From contig CAXXWC010000021.1 of assembly GCA_963668645.2 (NCBI GenBank), forward strand, positions 192,001 through 256,000: a stretch of 64,000 nucleotides of DNA, in the 5' to 3' direction. Position numbers and translations under genes: made by a program. Shown one piece after another: positions 61,201-64,000 of the stretch (its first letter is position 1; the number at the start of each line of letters is the position of its first letter). The DNA is from Desulfobacterales bacterium (GTDB taxonomy: Bacteria > Desulfobacterota > Desulfobacteria > Desulfobacterales > UBA2174). Under the pieces are notes generated by a model. The model did no database searches and had not been told where the DNA came from. It saw only the letters and a list, made by a program, of their open reading frames with translations.

Positions 61201-64000
61201 TTCCGCCACGGCCCCCTCAAAGCAGGAAAAGTATATCCCGATGGACACCCAAGACAAACAACCGTCCCAGCCCTGCATCGAAGAAGCCCTCCAATCTGTC
61301 CGGGCCGGTCTCAAGGCCATCGAGGCCATGCAGGCCCAAACGGCCCAGGCTCACGAAAAATTTCTCGAGGTTCAACAAGAGTCGGTCCGGGCCCTGGTCC
61401 GATTAATGGCCCATACCGGCCAGCTGAGCGAACCGCTGCTGGAAAAATCCGCTCTGCCGCAAAGCTGCGGTGCTTCCATTGCCGGGCCTCTCGACCGTCC
61501 AGAGCAAAGCGCGAGCCAGGCCCGTTCAGAGGCTGCGCCAGCCGCACCGGGGGCAGCACGGCACGAAAACCATCCCGCCCCCCTTGCTCAGATCCGCCCT
61601 TTGCAGCCCGAGACACCCCGGCCCCCTGCCTCGACCTCGATACCCCCAGCGCTGCCGCCGAATGCCGGACCGGACCGCATGACGGATGTGGCGGCCGTGG
61701 TGGCCGAACTGACCGGGTATCCCACCGAAATGCTCACCGCAGAGATGCAGATCGAGGCCGACCTGGGCATCGACTCCATCAAGCGCGTGGAAATCCTCTC
61801 GTCCCTCGAAGAAAGGCTAGCCGATCTGCCCCCTCTGGAACCAGAACAAATGGCGGCCCTCAGGACCCTAGGCGATATCGCCGCGGCCCTTCAACCGGCC
61901 GAGGCCGCACCCCAACCCGCAGCCCGGCCCCAGGAACCGCCGCCCGCTTCGCCGTCCCGGGCCTCTGGCGCGGACCGCATGGCGGTTGTGGCGGCCGTAG
62001 TGGCCCAACTGACCGGGTATCCCACCGAAATGCTCACCGCAGAGATGCAGATCGAGGCCGACCTGGGCATCGACTCCATCAAGCGCGTGGAAATCCTCTC
62101 GGCCCTCGAAGAAAGACTGGCCGACCTGCCGCCCCTGGAGCCCGAACAGATGGCGGCCCTCAGGACCCTGGGTGATATCGCTGCGGCTTTGACCCCAGTG
62201 CCTGACGCGCCGGAATCGGTACCCGCCGCGACGCAGGCGCCCGAACCGGCCCCTGCCCCGCCCTACTCCTCTTCAATGGCCGAAAACCAAGGCGACCTCG
62301 CCTCAGCGGCGCCTCGCAACGTTGTACACGCCCGGGCCTTTCCGGCCGAGAAAGGCAAGATGCCGGCCCTGGCACCGGATGCAAAAGTTCTGGTGGCCGG
62401 AGACCCAAAGCTGGCCCAGGCCCTGGCTGCAGCCCTGACGGAAGCCGGGGTGGAGGCGGCCTGTCCAGAGGCCGAGGTCGTGGCCGGGATCATTGCCGGA
62501 CAACCCGTGCCGTTCCGGATCAACGGCCTGGTGTGGGTAGCCCCGGCCGATACAGCGGCCGACCATGCCTACCTCAAGCAGGCCTTTGCCATGGCCCGCC
62601 GTCTGGCGGCGGATCTCGGCAAGGCCGCCCAGAACGGCGGCGCCCTTTTGGCGGCGGTGGTCCGCCTGGACGGGGCCTTCGGGTTTCTGGACGCCCCGCT
62701 GGCCGTACCGAGCAGCGGGGCCTTGGCCGGCCTGGTCAAAACCGCCGCACGGGAATTCGAAGCCGTGGCCTGCCGGGCTTTGGACATCGGTGCCGGCTGG
62801 CCCGATGCCCAAAGCGCAGCCCTGGCCCTGGCCGCAGAGCTGGCGCGCTTCAACCCCCTCGATCCGGTGGAAATCGGTCTGCTCCCCGGCGGCAGCCGCT
62901 ATCGGCTTGAGCTGGAACCGGCACCTTACACCAGCGCCGAACTGACCCTCGAACCGGGTGAGGTCATCGTGGCCAGCGGCGGGGCCCGGGGCGTGACGGC
63001 CGAGTCCCTCGTGGCCCTGGCACGCAAGGTCAAGCCGGTCTGCGTACTGCTGGGGCGCTCTCCCGAACCCGGCCCGGAGCCACAATGGCTCGCCGGCATC
63101 GAGGAGCCGGCTGCCATTCAGAAAGCGATTCTGGCCAACGAAATGGCAAAAACCTCTGCCTCGCCGCGCGATCTGGCCCGCAGAGCCGGCCAGATCGCGG
63201 CCCAAAGAGAGATCCGGCGCAACCTCGAACGCCTGGCCTCAGCAGGCGCCAAGGCATTCTATTACAGCGTGGACGTACGCCGCAGCAAAGATCTGGCCCG
63301 CATCCTGGACCGGGTGCGCACCGAGCATGGTCCCATCCGGGCCCTGCTCCACGGGGCCGGCACCCTCTGCGACCGGCGCATTGCCGACAAGACCGACCAG
63401 CAGTTCGATGCGGTCTTCGATACCAAGGTGGAGGGTTTTTTCAACCTGATGGAGGCCGTGGCCCAGGATCCGCTGCGCTATGTCGTGATCTTTTCCTCGG
63501 TGGCGGCCCGCATGGGCAACCCGGGCCAAGTCGACTATGCCATGGCCAACGAACTGCTCAACAAGGCCGCCGGAGACCTTGCCCGCCGGCGGCCTGAGAC
63601 GCGGGTGCTGTCCATCAACTGGGGGCCTTGGAACGGCGGCATGGTGGACGCTGGGCTAAAACGGCACTTCGAGGGCCAGGGCGTTCGTCTGCTGGAGCCG
63701 CTGGCCGGTGCATCGGCCATGGTGCAAACCATGGCCGACGGTTGCAACGGTGCGGTGGAAATGGTGGTGGGCAGCGCATTGATTGAGGATCCGGCCTGTG
63801 ATCCGTCGGAAATGCCCACCGACGGGTTCCAACTCGCCTTTGCCCATGAGATCGACCTGGACAGCCACCCGGTGTTGGCCGACCACGTCCTGGGCGGACG
63901 GCCGGTGGTGCCCCTGGCCCTGATGATGGAATGGCTGGGCCATACGGCCCTGCACGCCAATCCGGGGCTGAACCTGGTGGCCATGGAGGAGCTGCGCCTG
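58259..64000 (+). CDS. pfaA: PfaA-like iterative type I PKS/PUFA synthase (KS-MAT-ACPx2-KR-DH), 3'-truncated by the window
   Basis: Not in the ORF track because there is no stop in the window. Same frame at each point checked: VAIVGMGC, DAACASS, EAHGTGT, KSMIGHTK; FPGQGSQY, GHSFGE, AFHS; LGIDSIKRVEIL twice; SGGARGVT, YAMANE; DHVLGGRPVVP. Confidence 0.92.
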   Translation, partial: MTDSEKSSPCPVTQPVAIVGMGCIFPKASGLKAYWRLVWRGQDAIGPVPPTHWSAADYYDPDPRRPDHVHCQRGGFIDPVDFDPTEFGIPPAVIEATDTSQLLSLVAARMALQDAGYGPGQRSFDRERTGVVLGVTGTQELVIPLGARLGHPHWRRAMIEAGIDPKSAERAVELIAGSYVGWQEASFPGLLGNVVAGRISNRFDLGGTNCAVDAACASSFAALNLALLELWAGRSDMVLTGGADLLNDIFMHMCFAKTQILSPSGDARPFSSDADGTVLGEGVGIVVLKPLPLAERDGDRIYAVIRGIGASSDGRSNSIYAPRPEGQQRALARAYTHAGIDPDSVELIEAHGTGTRVGDQVEIKALGQIFHRQSRTARCALGSVKSMIGHTKAAAGAAGLIKAALALYYKVLPPTLKIDRPDPGLELDQSPFYLNTAARPWIGRPGSLRRCGVSAFGFGGSNFHLVLEEHASPTALPAWDQTVHLLGLSAANPAGLIDRLVAIGADLGPEPDPETLCRLTRLENQSFDPAAPLRLVGVLENATAAATLDALVAALQAPPSPRTRLPEGWFQGAGPAPGKVAVLFPGQGSQYPQMGRDLACVFPQVRQALEIMADTFGQNPRLEDLIYPPADFSADATEGFTLALQATDRAQPAIGAVSLGWYRVLCDFGLDPDALGGHSFGELAALAAAGWIDAATFTRLAVARGRAMADAGRQEGDPGSMLAVKASLEELENLELPDPDLILANRNAPSQGVFAGPTPAIEKLADICQARGWRAVRLPVAAAFHSRLIDRAQQPFQQAVAEARFSTGHRPVYGNSNALPYPADPGQAAQTLADQMRRPVDFVSMVENLYGDGARIFIEVGPRRVLTGLVRSILGRRQHTALAMDRSNGRGCGIRDLALTLAELCALGVALDLTAWEETPPDPPARRMRIPLCGANHRPPAQAERSCGPKNAETLQQTPETGPDPKVDPPGRAPLPGMAEASATAPSKQEKYIPMDTQDKQPSQPCIEEALQSVRAGLKAIEAMQAQTAQAHEKFLEVQQESVRALVRLMAHTGQLSEPLLEKSALPQSCGASIAGPLDRPEQSASQARSEAAPAAPGAARHENHPAPLAQIRPLQPETPRPPASTSIPPALPPNAGPDRMTDVAAVVAELTGYPTEMLTAEMQIEADLGIDSIKRVEILSSLEERLADLPPLEPEQMAALRTLGDIAAALQPAEAAPQPAARPQEPPPASPSRASGADRMAVVAAVVAQLTGYPTEMLTAEMQIEADLGIDSIKRVEILSALEERLADLPPLEPEQMAALRTLGDIAAALTPVPDAPESVPAATQAPEPAPAPPYSSSMAENQGDLASAAPRNVVHARAFPAEKGKMPALAPDAKVLVAGDPKLAQALAAALTEAGVEAACPEAEVVAGIIAGQPVPFRINGLVWVAPADTAADHAYLKQAFAMARRLAADLGKAAQNGGALLAAVVRLDGAFGFLDAPLAVPSSGALAGLVKTAAREFEAVACRALDIGAGWPDAQSAALALAAELARFNPLDPVEIGLLPGGSRYRLELEPAPYTSAELTLEPGEVIVASGGARGVTAESLVALARKVKPVCVLLGRSPEPGPEPQWLAGIEEPAAIQKAILANEMAKTSASPRDLARRAGQIAAQREIRRNLERLASAGAKAFYYSVDVRRSKDLARILDRVRTEHGPIRALLHGAGTLCDRRIADKTDQQFDAVFDTKVEGFFNLMEAVAQDPLRYVVIFSSVAARMGNPGQVDYAMANELLNKAAGDLARRRPETRVLSINWGPWNGGMVDAGLKRHFEGQGVRLLEPLAGASAMVQTMADGCNGAVEMVVGSALIEDPACDPSEMPTDGFQLAFAHEIDLDSHPVLADHVLGGRPVVPLALMMEWLGHTALHANPGLNLVAMEELRL
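61671..62190 (+). repeat. Tandem duplicated ACP-coding units (300-bp period)
   Basis: About 61671-61890 and 61971-62190 are near-identical, separated by a Pro/Ala linker. Confidence 0.9.

Overview
GC-rich chromosomal segment of an anaerobe; gene content and protein styles suggest a sulfate-reducing Desulfobacterales-type deltaproteobacterium (inference). From left to right: the end of potD; a signalling locus (PhnD-like lipoprotein plus an atypical membrane Ser/Thr kinase, divergent from a Cys-rich-HAMP/PAS histidine kinase and a sigma54 activator, followed by a sigma54 promoter and a TauE/SafE exporter); an MFS gene preceded by a polyproline mini-ORF; a ~7.3 kb GntR/VOC/acyl-CoA ligase/TRAP block bounded by an exact 29-bp duplication of the ugpC 3' end; a glycerol-3-phosphate regulon (ugpC, ugpBAE, HAD, glpAB without glpC, glpR); housekeeping genes (pseudouridine synthase, argJ, truA, pyrG, eno, xerD); a 60-aa UGA-containing dual-CXXC selenoprotein candidate with a SECIS-like hairpin that the ORF track missed; ccdAB; a CydA-like/8-heme cytochrome c fusion with a CydA'-like partner; an apparently frameshifted PAS-PAS-HisKA gene; and the start of a pfa-like (PUFA/secondary-lipid synthase) cluster that runs off the window. 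I recognised no tRNA, rRNA, CRISPR array or transposase. All calls come from motif reading and recalled family knowledge; no searches were run.
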